This document shows, piece after piece, positions 48,862-58,303 of a DNA stretch of 64,000 bases. The stretch is from an uncultured Gemmatimonadales bacterium. Lineage in GTDB: Bacteria; Gemmatimonadota; Gemmatimonadetes; Gemmatimonadales; GWC2-71-9. The notes below the pieces were generated by a model. The model was not told where the DNA came from and did not search any database. It was given only the letters and a program-made list of their open reading frames with translations. A program made the position numbers and the translations under genes. The stretch covers positions 224,001 through 288,000 of the forward strand of contig CAWCVB010000006.1 in the NCBI GenBank assembly GCA_963798915.1, written 5' to 3'. Position 1 is the first letter of the stretch, and each line of letters begins with the position of its first letter.

Positions 48862-50112
48862 TCAGAAGAAATCCTGCAACCAGCGCTTGACGGGCGCGAA
48901 ATATCGGTCAACACCGAGCGACCGTCGGCCGCCGGTTCCAAATCCACTCATCAGGGACTGACGCGCGCCATAGAGCACGAGCCCTGCCGGCACGGCAAAG
49001 GCCGGCGATTCGACGCTGTCGGCGAGTCCGCGGAGGTGTTGGCCCGGCACGCCGGTGCGCGCCGGCATGGCGAAGACCTCGCGCGCAAGCTCGACGATGC
49101 CGGGTGCCTGCGCGCCGCCCCCGGTGAGGACCACGCCAGCGGGCAAGTGCTGGCTGAACCCTGCGCGGGTGATTTCGTCACTCGCGTATTCGAGGACTTC
49201 CTGCATGCGCATGTGCATGATATGCGCGAGCACTCGCCGATGCGCATTGCGCGCGCCCTGTCCTGGCGTGCTCGGCAGGTCGAACAGGTCCTGCTCCGGC
49301 ACCAGTGGCTCGTACGCCGCACCGTACCGCTCCTTCAAGCGCTCCGCGTCAAGCTGGGTCACCTGCAGGCCGTGAACAATGTCCCCGGTCACATGTCCGC
49401 CAGCGCAGAGCAGCGAGGCGGTGTGACGAATCTTCCCACCCTGGAAAATCGCGACGTTTGTCGACCCGCCGCCCAGTTCCACGATGGCACAGCCCAGTTC
49501 CCGTTCGTCTGGTGTGAGCACCGCCAGCGAAGCCGCGAGTGGCTCCAGGACGAACTCAGCCACCTGGTGCCCTGCCCGTTCCACGCATTTGCGCAGGTTC
49601 TGCATGGCACTCGACAGCACCGTGACAAGATAGACCTCGGCCTCGAGCCGGGAGCCGGTCATCCCGATCGGATCGGTAATGCCGGCCTGCTGGTCGATCA
49701 GGTAATCCTGCGGAATGGCGTGCAGCAGTTCGTGGTCCCGGCCAAACGAGATGTTGCTCGCCATGTCATTGACTCGCGCAACATCGCCCGTGCGAATCTC
49801 GTCGCCCGTGACGCTGACCATGCCGTGGCTGCTGCGCCCCGCGACATGTTCACCGGCGATGCCGCAATAGACCGTCCCGACCTCGAGGCCCGCCATCCGC
49901 TGCGCATCGCGCATGGCGCGGCCAATGGCCCGGGTCGTCTCCTCGATGTCGCGCACCACCCCGCGCCGGACGCCGGCGCTCCGCTCGACACCGACTCCGA
50001 GAATCTTGGCGCCAGGGGCACGGGCGTCGCCCGTCACTTCAGCGACCAGGCCGATCACCTTGGTGGACCCAATATCGAGGGCGGCGACCAGGCGGTCGGC
50101 CTGGACGCTCAC
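48862..50112 (-). CDS. ftsA: Cell division protein FtsA
   Basis: LDIGSTKV, ELGGGST, VLTGGGA, amphipathic tail VKRWLQDFF. Confidence 0.97.
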   Translation of the reverse strand: MSVQADRLVAALDIGSTKVIGLVAEVTGDARAPGAKILGVGVERSAGVRRGVVRDIEETTRAIGRAMRDAQRMAGLEVGTVYCGIAGEHVAGRSSHGMVSVTGDEIRTGDVARVNDMASNISFGRDHELLHAIPQDYLIDQQAGITDPIGMTGSRLEAEVYLVTVLSSAMQNLRKCVERAGHQVAEFVLEPLAASLAVLTPDERELGCAIVELGGGSTNVAIFQGGKIRHTASLLCAGGHVTGDIVHGLQVTQLDAERLKERYGAAYEPLVPEQDLFDLPSTPGQGARNAHRRVLAHIMHMRMQEVLEYASDEITRAGFSQHLPAGVVLTGGGAQAPGIVELAREVFAMPARTGVPGQHLRGLADSVESPAFAVPAGLVLYGARQSLMSGFGTGGRRSLGVDRYFAPVKRWLQDFF

Positions 50113-50780
50113 GAACCACCCCGGACGACGACATAGCCGGCAAACCGGCCATCCAGTTCGCCGAACGCGTTGCCCTTCCGGGTCAGGTCCGCCGCCACAA
50201 GCATCACTGCACGCATCTCCTCTGCCGATGCATCTGGCCGGAACACGAATTGCCGGCCGTCCACTGTAAGGACCACGTCCGTACCCCGCATGCGGGCGGC
50301 CGTCACCTTCGCATACAGGGCGGGATCTGCCGCTTGCACGGCCTCGAGCAGCCGACCGATCGATCGGGAAGGCTGAGCAGCGATCGGCAGGTCCGGCGCC
50401 GAACGCAGCGGATCAAATGGCAGGATCGCCCCCATGGCGTCCATCAGCCGGAGCAGCCCCTGACGCGGCACCAGCGCCACCGGCCTGGCCTCGCGGACCC
50501 GAACGATCAGCGTCCCTGGCAATCGCCGTCCCACCTCGACCGCCTGCACGCCAGGGATCCGCCCTGCCCTGGCCCGGACCGCATCGAGGTCGTCGAACAC
50601 GCTCAGCGTCTTCGGCAGCGCGAGCGCGGCCAGGGCAGCCTCAGCCGACTGGAACCGAAGCCCGACAAACTCCACCTGGCGTACCCGGAAGAAGCGCATT
50701 CGCCGAGCCAGAGACGGCACGCCCAGCCAGGCGACCGTGGCGATGACCGCCGCTCCGAGCACCAGCCACCGACGCTTCAT
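50109..50780 (-). CDS. ftsQ: Cell division protein FtsQ/DivIB
   Basis: N-terminal TM, POTRA-like F.VRQV..RRLPGTL.VRVRE..P, C-terminal LDGRF; between murC and ftsA. Confidence 0.85.
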   Translation of the reverse strand: MKRRWLVLGAAVIATVAWLGVPSLARRMRFFRVRQVEFVGLRFQSAEAALAALALPKTLSVFDDLDAVRARAGRIPGVQAVEVGRRLPGTLIVRVREARPVALVPRQGLLRLMDAMGAILPFDPLRSAPDLPIAAQPSRSIGRLLEAVQAADPALYAKVTAARMRGTDVVLTVDGRQFVFRPDASAEEMRAVMLVAADLTRKGNAFGELDGRFAGYVVVRGGS

Positions 50781-52150
50781 CCGGCCGATAGCACCGACAT
50801 CAGCTGGGGCCCGACCCGGGTGATATCGCCCGCGCCAAGCGTCAGGACCAGGTCGCCTGGCCGCGCGGCGGCCCGCACCGCCGCAGCCAGCGCGGCCCGG
50901 TCAGCCTCGTACGTCACGTCGGCGCCGGCCTGGGAGGCGGCCGAGGCCACCAGCTCGCCGGTGACGCCAGGCAGCGGTGACTCACGCGCGCCGTATACAT
51001 CCGCGACAATGACGACATCGGCCGCCGCGAGGGCCTGCCCCATCGCTTCGCCGTGTTGCTGTGTTCGTGAATACAGATGCGGCTGAAATACTGCCACCAG
51101 CCGACGTTCCGGGTACGCCTGCCGCGCCGCCGCGAGCGTCGCGACGAGTTCGGAGGGATGGTGGGCATAGTCATCCACGAAGACTATTCCACCCGCTTCG
51201 CCTAGCTGCTCAAAACGCCGGCCAACGCCGCCAAAGTCGGCGAGTGCTTCCAGCGCTCGTTCCACCGAGCCGCCCAGCGCTGCCACGGCTCCCAAGGCCC
51301 CGGCGGCATTCCGGACGTTATGCATTCCAGGCACTTTCAGCCTCAGCCTGACCCGCCGGCCATCGGGCATGCGGAGCTCGGCACCTGATCCGGTTGCGTC
51401 CTGGCTGACCGGTCCGATTCTCAGATCGGAGTCCGGCGCGGTGCCGAATCGCCACACACGATTGCGGAGGCCAGCCGCGACCCGCCGGGCGCCGGCGTCT
51501 TCGGCACCAATGATCACCGTGTCTGCCCGGTTGGCAAACTCGCCAAACGCCGATTCCAACTGCGCCACCGAACCGTAGCACTCGAGGTGATCCGGCTCCA
51601 CATTGTTGATGATGGCCACCGTGGGGCGCAACGCCAGGAATGCCTGGTCGTACTCGTCGGCTTCAACGACGTACAGGTCAGTGCCACCCAACCGGGTGTT
51701 GCCGTTCCACTGGCCTACCCGGCCACCAGCGAGCCCGGTGGGCGCAAGCCCCGCAGCCTCGAGAGCGGTGGTGGCCATCACGGTTGTGGTGGTCTTCCCG
51801 TGGGTGCCGGCCGCTGCCACCACGGTGGCACCGTTGACCAGGCGACCCAGCGCTTCCTTCCGCGGCACCACGGGTATCCCCGCCTCGCGGGCCTGCGCCA
51901 ACTCGGGATGGCTATCGGGAATCGCGGCCGTCACCACCACGGCACGCGCACCGGTTACATGCGAAGGATCATGCCCCTGCACCACCCGGGCACCATTGGC
52001 GATGACGTCGCTCGCGCCGGCCAGGTCGGTATCACACCCTGTGACCTCGATGCCACGCCGACACGCCAGCAAGGCCAAGGCGCTCATCCCGGCGCCACCG
52101 ACCCCCATGAAATGCACCGGACGCCGGTCGGCGGGGTTGAAAAGGTCCAT
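50777..52150 (-). CDS. murC: UDP-N-acetylmuramate--L-alanine ligase
   Basis: HFMGVGGAGMS, GTHGKTTT, EADEYD, DDYAHHP, FQPHLYSRT. Confidence 0.97.
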   Translation of the reverse strand: MDLFNPADRRPVHFMGVGGAGMSALALLACRRGIEVTGCDTDLAGASDVIANGARVVQGHDPSHVTGARAVVVTAAIPDSHPELAQAREAGIPVVPRKEALGRLVNGATVVAAAGTHGKTTTTVMATTALEAAGLAPTGLAGGRVGQWNGNTRLGGTDLYVVEADEYDQAFLALRPTVAIINNVEPDHLECYGSVAQLESAFGEFANRADTVIIGAEDAGARRVAAGLRNRVWRFGTAPDSDLRIGPVSQDATGSGAELRMPDGRRVRLRLKVPGMHNVRNAAGALGAVAALGGSVERALEALADFGGVGRRFEQLGEAGGIVFVDDYAHHPSELVATLAAARQAYPERRLVAVFQPHLYSRTQQHGEAMGQALAAADVVIVADVYGARESPLPGVTGELVASAASQAGADVTYEADRAALAAAVRAAARPGDLVLTLGAGDITRVGPQLMSVLSAG

Positions 52151-52196
52151 CGTGGTTGCGCTAATGTAAAATCCTGCCAGCATTTGCGAAAGACTA

Positions 52197-53300
52197 TCAG
52201 GATGCGAACAGTGTCGTGAATAATGACACTATGTCGCGAGCGGCGTGCGGCCGACCCCGGGCCAGGGCCCTCGCCGCCATCCCTCGCCTCCCCTCGCCAT
52301 CCGCCATCAGGGGCTCCGCCACGGCCGCAAGACCCTCCTCCGCAAGCCGTGACTGCAAGAACATGCACGTCCCGCCGGCCGACTCCAGTGCGCGGGCATT
52401 ATGCGTCTGGTGGTCGGCCGCCGCCGAGGGTAGCGGGATCAGGACCGAAGGCAGGCCCCAGGCGCAGAGCTCCGCCACTGTCATCATGCCGGCCCGCGAG
52501 ATGACCAGATCCGCGACAGCATACGCGTCCGCCATCGGATCGAGAAAATCGAGAACCCGCACCGCCGGCGGGGCCTCCCACTTGGCGAATTCGGCGTAGG
52601 AAACCCGGCCGGTGATCCAGAGGACCTGCCACCCATCCCCAGGTCCGCGCTGCGTCAGCCAGCTGGCCACTGCCTGGTTGATGGCGCGTGAGCCCTGACT
52701 TCCACCGGTAATCAGCAGCACGGGCCGCTCTGCCGCGAAGCCCAGCCGTTCCATGGCGGCCGGGCGCCGGGTCGGATCGGGCGGCGTAATCGGATTGCCA
52801 GTATCGAAGAATCTCGTGGTGCGTGAATGCTGAAGCAGATGCTCCGCCTCGCTCACGCCGAGGTAGACATGCCGGACCTGGCGTGCCAGCAAACGGCTGG
52901 CGAGGCCCGGGTAGGCGTTCTGCTCCTGGATGGCCGTGGGAATCCCGTGCCGCGCGGCCCACCAGACCACCGGCAAGGATGCGTAGCCGCCCGTGCCGAG
53001 CACTGCCACCGGGGCTTCAGTCCGGAACAACTGCGCCAGGCCGCTTGCGAGCCTTCCCATGACAAACGGCCATCGGGCGTTCCGCCACCAGGCCCGGCGA
53101 TGCAGCGGCTGGCTTGGCAGGAGCGTGAACCGGAAGTCCCGCGAAGGCAGGATCCTCGACTCGACACCGCGCTGGGCGCCCACCAGATAGGGCTCGATTT
53201 CCGGATGCTGCTCCCGCAGCTGGGTGGCGATGGCAAGCGCCGGCATCAGGTGGCCACCAGTTCCACCGCCGGCCACGAAAACCACCGGACGCGAGCTCAT
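52197..53300 (-). CDS. murG: Lipid II GlcNAc transferase MurG
   Basis: GGGTGGH, GGYAS, EQNAYPG, GGSQG, SRAG, HQTHNA. Confidence 0.97.
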   Translation of the reverse strand: MSSRPVVFVAGGGTGGHLMPALAIATQLREQHPEIEPYLVGAQRGVESRILPSRDFRFTLLPSQPLHRRAWWRNARWPFVMGRLASGLAQLFRTEAPVAVLGTGGYASLPVVWWAARHGIPTAIQEQNAYPGLASRLLARQVRHVYLGVSEAEHLLQHSRTTRFFDTGNPITPPDPTRRPAAMERLGFAAERPVLLITGGSQGSRAINQAVASWLTQRGPGDGWQVLWITGRVSYAEFAKWEAPPAVRVLDFLDPMADAYAVADLVISRAGMMTVAELCAWGLPSVLIPLPSAAADHQTHNARALESAGGTCMFLQSRLAEEGLAAVAEPLMADGEGRRGMAARALARGRPHAARDIVSLFTTLFAS

Positions 53301-54472
53301 CCCTCGGCGGGACGGCGCTCGACCGCCGGTCGGCGGGTCCGCGGCCGGCCGCGCTGGCGGCCGATATTGATGAGGATACCCACGCTCGCGAGCGCGATGA
53401 CCTGGCTGGTGCGGCCATAGGACATGAAGGGCAGGGTGAGGCCAGTCGTCGGCATCATCCCGAGCGTCACGGCCATGTGCATGAACGCCGTCACGCCAAC
53501 GGTGGCGGTCAGGCCCACGGCCAGGAACTGGCCGAACGCATCAGAGGCCGTACGGGCAATTCGGAATCCAAGCCAGCAGAAGGTGGCGTACAGGCCGATG
53601 ACCAAGGCGACGCCGATGAAACCCCATTCCTCGCCAATATGACTGAATAGAAAATCGGAATAGGCGTAAGGCAGGTAGCCCATCTTCTGGGAGCCGTGTC
53701 CCAGCCCGACTCCGAACAGCTGGCCCGAGCCGAAGCCGATGATCGACTGCTGAATCTGAAAGCCCGCATTGCTGGCGCCGCCGCCGTGAAGGTAGGTCTG
53801 CAAGCGCGCCAGGCGATACGGTGTTGACTGGATCCGGTCATAGGCGAGCAGCACACCGCAAACCAGCAGCAGCACAAAATGGCCAACCCGTGCTCCGGCC
53901 GCGAAGAGCACGATGCCGCCCAGGAGTGCGACCAACGTAGCCATCGACAAGTTGGGCTCCAGCAGCACCAGCACGAAGATGAGCCCCAGAATGACCACGA
54001 ACGGAAGGATGCCCTTGCGGAACTGGCGCAGCTGCTCGCCTTTCTTGGTGACGAGCATCGCGCACCAGATCACGACCACCAGCCTCGCGATTTCCGACGG
54101 CTGAAAGCTCAGCGGTCCGACGCGCAGCCAGCGGTTGGCGCCATTGATCGTCGGTGCGACGCGGCCCGTGCCGGGAAGGATCGGCACGAGCAGCAGGCAG
54201 AGCGTCAGGAGCAGCAGTGGCCATGCCATCCGTCGCCAGATGTCATAGTCAAGGCGGGAAAAAAGGATCAGGAGGACGCCGCCAAGCGCGGCACCGGAAA
54301 CCTGCACCAGGGCGTAGTGATACTCGACGACCCGACCACCATGGAGGGGGACGAGGCTCGACGCGCCGTACACGGCGACGATGCCGAAGACGACCAGCGT
54401 CAGGACCACCACCGCGAGCAGCCGCGTCTCCCAGCGCAGCTCGCCAGGATGCCGGATGGCGAGCGGAATCAC
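53297..54472 (-). CDS. ftsW: SEDS peptidoglycan polymerase FtsW
   Basis: GANRW, FQPSE, EPNL, DFLFSHIGEEWG, TGLTLPFMSYG. Confidence 0.95.
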   Translation of the reverse strand: MIPLAIRHPGELRWETRLLAVVVLTLVVFGIVAVYGASSLVPLHGGRVVEYHYALVQVSGAALGGVLLILFSRLDYDIWRRMAWPLLLLTLCLLLVPILPGTGRVAPTINGANRWLRVGPLSFQPSEIARLVVVIWCAMLVTKKGEQLRQFRKGILPFVVILGLIFVLVLLEPNLSMATLVALLGGIVLFAAGARVGHFVLLLVCGVLLAYDRIQSTPYRLARLQTYLHGGGASNAGFQIQQSIIGFGSGQLFGVGLGHGSQKMGYLPYAYSDFLFSHIGEEWGFIGVALVIGLYATFCWLGFRIARTASDAFGQFLAVGLTATVGVTAFMHMAVTLGMMPTTGLTLPFMSYGRTSQVIALASVGILINIGRQRGRPRTRRPAVERRPAEG

Positions 54473-55818
54473 TGGGCGTTTACCCAGGCGCGAAAGGCTT
54501 CCCCCCGCGCCTCGTAGTTCTCGAACATGTCGTAGCTGGAGCAGGCTGGAGAAAGGAGCACGGCGTCGCCCGGCTCCGCCGCCGCGCGGGCACGCGTCAG
54601 GACCTCGTCAAACGTGGTCCCCCGCTCCACTCTTACCAGGTGCCCCAGGTCGGTGTGAATCTGCTCACCCGCCTCACCGTAGGCGATGACGAGCCGGCAT
54701 CGATCCCGCAACAGCGTGCCCAGCCGGGTATACGGCTCGCCCTTGTGTCGCCCGCCGAGCAGCAGCACAAACGGTCGGTCCTGAGCCCGGATGGCAACCT
54801 CGGTCGAGGTGACATTGGTGGATTTTGAGTCGTTGATCCAGAGGACACCACCTACTTCCCGGACTGGCTCCACCCGATGGGCAATGGCTCGGAACCGCGC
54901 AAGACCCTCCACGAGGTCCGTCCTCGGTACGCCGATTGCGCGCGCCGCGAGAGCCGCAGCCAAGGCATTGGCGACGTTGTGGTCGCCCAGGAGGGTGAGG
55001 CGATCGCGGGTCATCAACGGGTCGGCACCCAGCATCAGCATCCCAGCCGACCGGTCGTACCAACCCTCCGCCCTGCCCGCAATGGAAAAGTGCTCGATCC
55101 GTCCCGGCCGGCCGGCCAGCATCGCAGCCACGGCCGGATCATCGCCGTTGCCGATCCAGATGGAGTGGCTCGAGGCATTCCGGAACAGTTGCGCCTTGTC
55201 CTGATAATAGGCTTCGAGCGAGCTGTATCGATCGAGGTGATTGGGCGCGAGGTTGGTAAGTACCCCAACCACGGGATCCACGTGCGGCATGTCATGGAGC
55301 TGAAAACTGGACAGCTCGAGGGCGAGCCATTCAGGCGGGTCGGCCTGACGGGCAATTTCGCAGACTGCCGTGCCGATGTTGCCGGCGGTTTCAGCGCTCC
55401 AGCCCGCGGTCCGCAGCACTTCGCCCAGAAGCGAGGTCGTGGTGGTCTTGCCATTGGTGCCCGTGATGGCGACGTAGCGAGTGTCGCGAAGCTCGGTGAG
55501 TCCGAGGTCGGCCTCGGCATGGACCGGCACCGCCGCCTGCCGCGCTGCTTCAATCGGGGGCGCATCCGGAGGGACACCGGGCGCCACGACGGCCGCGACG
55601 GCCCGCTGGATTCGGTCGAGGTCATGGCCGCCGAGCTCCACGGCCGCTCCCGCCGCGCGCAGCATGGCGGCCCACGCCTGCTGGCGCTCCGATATCCCGG
55701 CGTCGCTGGCGTAGACGCGCACGCCGTGCTCCGCGAGCAGCAAGCCGGCCGCGAGGCCGCTCTTGCCCAGCCCGATCACGGCGACCTCTCGACCTTCGCC
55801 TCTCCACGCGCCAAGCAT
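54469..55818 (-). CDS. murD: UDP-MurNAc-L-Ala--D-Glu ligase
   Basis: GLGKSG, ITGTNGKTTT, ELSSFQL, NDSKSTN, LSPACSSYD. Confidence 0.97.
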   Translation of the reverse strand: MLGAWRGEGREVAVIGLGKSGLAAGLLLAEHGVRVYASDAGISERQQAWAAMLRAAGAAVELGGHDLDRIQRAVAAVVAPGVPPDAPPIEAARQAAVPVHAEADLGLTELRDTRYVAITGTNGKTTTTSLLGEVLRTAGWSAETAGNIGTAVCEIARQADPPEWLALELSSFQLHDMPHVDPVVGVLTNLAPNHLDRYSSLEAYYQDKAQLFRNASSHSIWIGNGDDPAVAAMLAGRPGRIEHFSIAGRAEGWYDRSAGMLMLGADPLMTRDRLTLLGDHNVANALAAALAARAIGVPRTDLVEGLARFRAIAHRVEPVREVGGVLWINDSKSTNVTSTEVAIRAQDRPFVLLLGGRHKGEPYTRLGTLLRDRCRLVIAYGEAGEQIHTDLGHLVRVERGTTFDEVLTRARAAAEPGDAVLLSPACSSYDMFENYEARGEAFRAWVNAQ

Positions 55819-56945
55819 CAACGCACCTTCAATGTCGCGAATGCCACGAGGGCACATAAAATGCCGAGAATGTAGAACCGGGTGACGACCGTCGTCTCGG
55901 CCCAGCCAAGTTTCTCGAAATGGTGATGCAGCGGTGCCATGCGAAAGACGCGGTGCGAGTCAGCATATTCCTTCCCCCGGGTGCGCTTGTTCCACTTGTA
56001 TACCGAGGTCTGCAACAGGACCGATACGGCTTCTGCCGCGAACACGCCGCCAATGATCAACAGCAGGAATTCCGCCTTGAGCAGGATCGCGACCGTCCCA
56101 AGCGCGCCACCGATAGCCAGGCTGCCGGTGTCACCCATGAATACCTGCGCCGGATGCGCATTGAACCAGAGAAAGCCCAGACAGGCGCCCATCAGCGCGG
56201 CGCAGAAGATGGCCAGCTCACCCGCGCCGTTGAGGTGATAGAGAAAGAGATAGCTGGTCAGGTCAGTCCGGGCGAGAATGTAGGCAAAGACGGCGAAGGC
56301 GAGCGCCGCCACCGCAGCAAGACCGGTCGCCAATCCGTCGAGTCCGTCCGTCAGGTTCACCGCGTTGCTGCTGCCGGTGATCACCAGGGTGACAAAGAGG
56401 ACATAGACCAGCGGCGCAAAATTGACAACGGCGTACTTGAAGAAGGGCAGCGTCGTGGCCGTTTCCGGCAGGACCGAGGGGAGGACGACGGGCCGGACCA
56501 GCAGCAGCAGGCCCAGGAGCACGCCGAAACCAATCTGGCCGGCGAGCTTCCACCGGGCCACCAACCCTCGCGATTTGCCCTGGATGATCTTCAGGTAATC
56601 GTCGAGAAAGCCGATCGAACCCATCCAGAGCAGCGACAGCAGGGCCACCAGCACGAACCGATTGTCCAGCTGCGCCCAGAGCAGCGTCGGCACCACCGTG
56701 GCAAGCAGGATGATGACGCCACCCATGGTGGGCGTGCCACGCTTGCTCTGATGGCTCGCGGGCCCCTCGGCACGGATGACCTGCCCCACCCGCCGCTCTC
56801 GCAGCCGGCGAATGACCGCCGGACCAATGAAAAAGGCAATGAGCAGTGCCGTGACCACCGCACCGGCCGCTCGAAAGCTGATGTAGTTGAAAAGATTGAA
56901 GAGAATGTGCGTCTTGCCGAGCGGGGCCAGCAGATAGTAGAGCAT
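55818..56945 (-). CDS. mraY: Phospho-MurNAc-pentapeptide transferase
   Basis: KRGTPTMGG, NAVNLTDGLDGL, FMGDTGS, MAPLHHHFE. Confidence 0.98.
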   Translation of the reverse strand: MLYYLLAPLGKTHILFNLFNYISFRAAGAVVTALLIAFFIGPAVIRRLRERRVGQVIRAEGPASHQSKRGTPTMGGVIILLATVVPTLLWAQLDNRFVLVALLSLLWMGSIGFLDDYLKIIQGKSRGLVARWKLAGQIGFGVLLGLLLLVRPVVLPSVLPETATTLPFFKYAVVNFAPLVYVLFVTLVITGSSNAVNLTDGLDGLATGLAAVAALAFAVFAYILARTDLTSYLFLYHLNGAGELAIFCAALMGACLGFLWFNAHPAQVFMGDTGSLAIGGALGTVAILLKAEFLLLIIGGVFAAEAVSVLLQTSVYKWNKRTRGKEYADSHRVFRMAPLHHHFEKLGWAETTVVTRFYILGILCALVAFATLKVR

Positions 56946-58303
56946 CAGGCCTCGGTCGATCGAACGTTGGAAAAAGGCAGCAGCGGAAGTATACGCTCAA
57001 GGGCAACACCACGGGACGCCTTGAGGACCACCAGTTCATTGCCGGTGAGCCGTTCGACCAGGAGCGGGGCAAGGGCCACCGGATCCGCTGCGGTGAGCAG
57101 CCGTTCGCCAAGGGCCGCCCGGTAGGGCTCGACCGACGGCACGAAGCTGCCGACAACCGCCAGCAGATCGGGCTTCAGCAGCACCAGTTGTTCGGCCACC
57201 TGCGCATGCAGCCATTCCGAGTCGGCTCCCAACTCGCGCATGGTGCCGGCAACAAACACCAGCCGGCGCTCGCGCCGCATGGCCTTGGCGGTGGCGATGG
57301 CTGAAAGGAATGACTGGGGATTGGCATTGTAGCAGTCATTCAGGATCGTCAGTCCCCCCTGCTGGATGACCTCACTCCTGCCACCGGGCAACCGCAGCTG
57401 CTCCAGGGCGGCGGCCGCGGCCGGCAGATCCAGGGCCAGTTCCTCAGCCACGGCCCACGCCAGCATGGCATTGTTTGCCAGGTGCCGTCCGGGCAGCGGC
57501 AGGCGTATGCGGTGTTCGCCGGCCAGAAACGATGCCCGCCCGAGTGCATCCAGCTCCACCTCGCGCGCCTTTCGCTCGGCGGCCTGGGCACCTGCGGTCA
57601 CCACCCGCCGAGCCAGGTGCCGGGCGCGCTCCGCCAGAGAAGGAGGCTCCGTCCCGACAATCGCCAGTGGTACATCCCGCAGCAACGAGAGTTTCTCAGC
57701 CAGCACGCCCTCGAGCGAACCAAACCCCTCCAGATGACCCTCAGCCGCGTTGGTGATGATACCAATGGTGGGTGCAATGATCTCCCGGTAGCGCTCGATT
57801 TCGCCCGGGAGATTCGCACCTGCCTCGACCACCAGCGCTTCGGTGTCCCCGGGCGCTTCCAGGATGGTCAGCGGCACACCCACCAGGTTGTTGTAGTTGA
57901 GCCGGGTGGCGTGGGTACGGAATCGGGTTCTGAGTACCGCCGCGACCATCTCCTTGGTGCTCGTCTTCCCGTTGGTGCCGGTGATAGCCACCACCGGGCC
58001 GGCCACGCTCGCCCGGCGTGCGTGCGCCAGGTCCCCGTAGGCGTGCAGAGTGTCGGGAACCTCGATGAGCTCCAGCCCATCGACCGGTGGCGTGCCCTGA
58101 CGCACGATCGCCGCCTTTGCATCGCGGGCACGTGCATCGGCAAGATGTCGGTGGCCGTCGTGCTTCTCGCCGGCGAGTGCCACGAAAAGCGCGCCGGCCG
58201 TCAACGTCCGGGTATCGGTCGAGATCGACGTAAACCCGGTTGCGTTCACCACGCGGTCGGATCCGAGGGCCTCCGCCACCCGTGCGCCAGTCCAGAACGT
58301 CAT
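56945..58303 (-). CDS. murF: UDP-MurNAc-tripeptide--D-Ala-D-Ala ligase
   Basis: ITGTNGKTSTKE, NNLVGVP, NDCYNANP, MRELG, LKASRG. Confidence 0.96.
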   Translation of the reverse strand: MTFWTGARVAEALGSDRVVNATGFTSISTDTRTLTAGALFVALAGEKHDGHRHLADARARDAKAAIVRQGTPPVDGLELIEVPDTLHAYGDLAHARRASVAGPVVAITGTNGKTSTKEMVAAVLRTRFRTHATRLNYNNLVGVPLTILEAPGDTEALVVEAGANLPGEIERYREIIAPTIGIITNAAEGHLEGFGSLEGVLAEKLSLLRDVPLAIVGTEPPSLAERARHLARRVVTAGAQAAERKAREVELDALGRASFLAGEHRIRLPLPGRHLANNAMLAWAVAEELALDLPAAAAALEQLRLPGGRSEVIQQGGLTILNDCYNANPQSFLSAIATAKAMRRERRLVFVAGTMRELGADSEWLHAQVAEQLVLLKPDLLAVVGSFVPSVEPYRAALGERLLTAADPVALAPLLVERLTGNELVVLKASRGVALERILPLLPFSNVRSTEA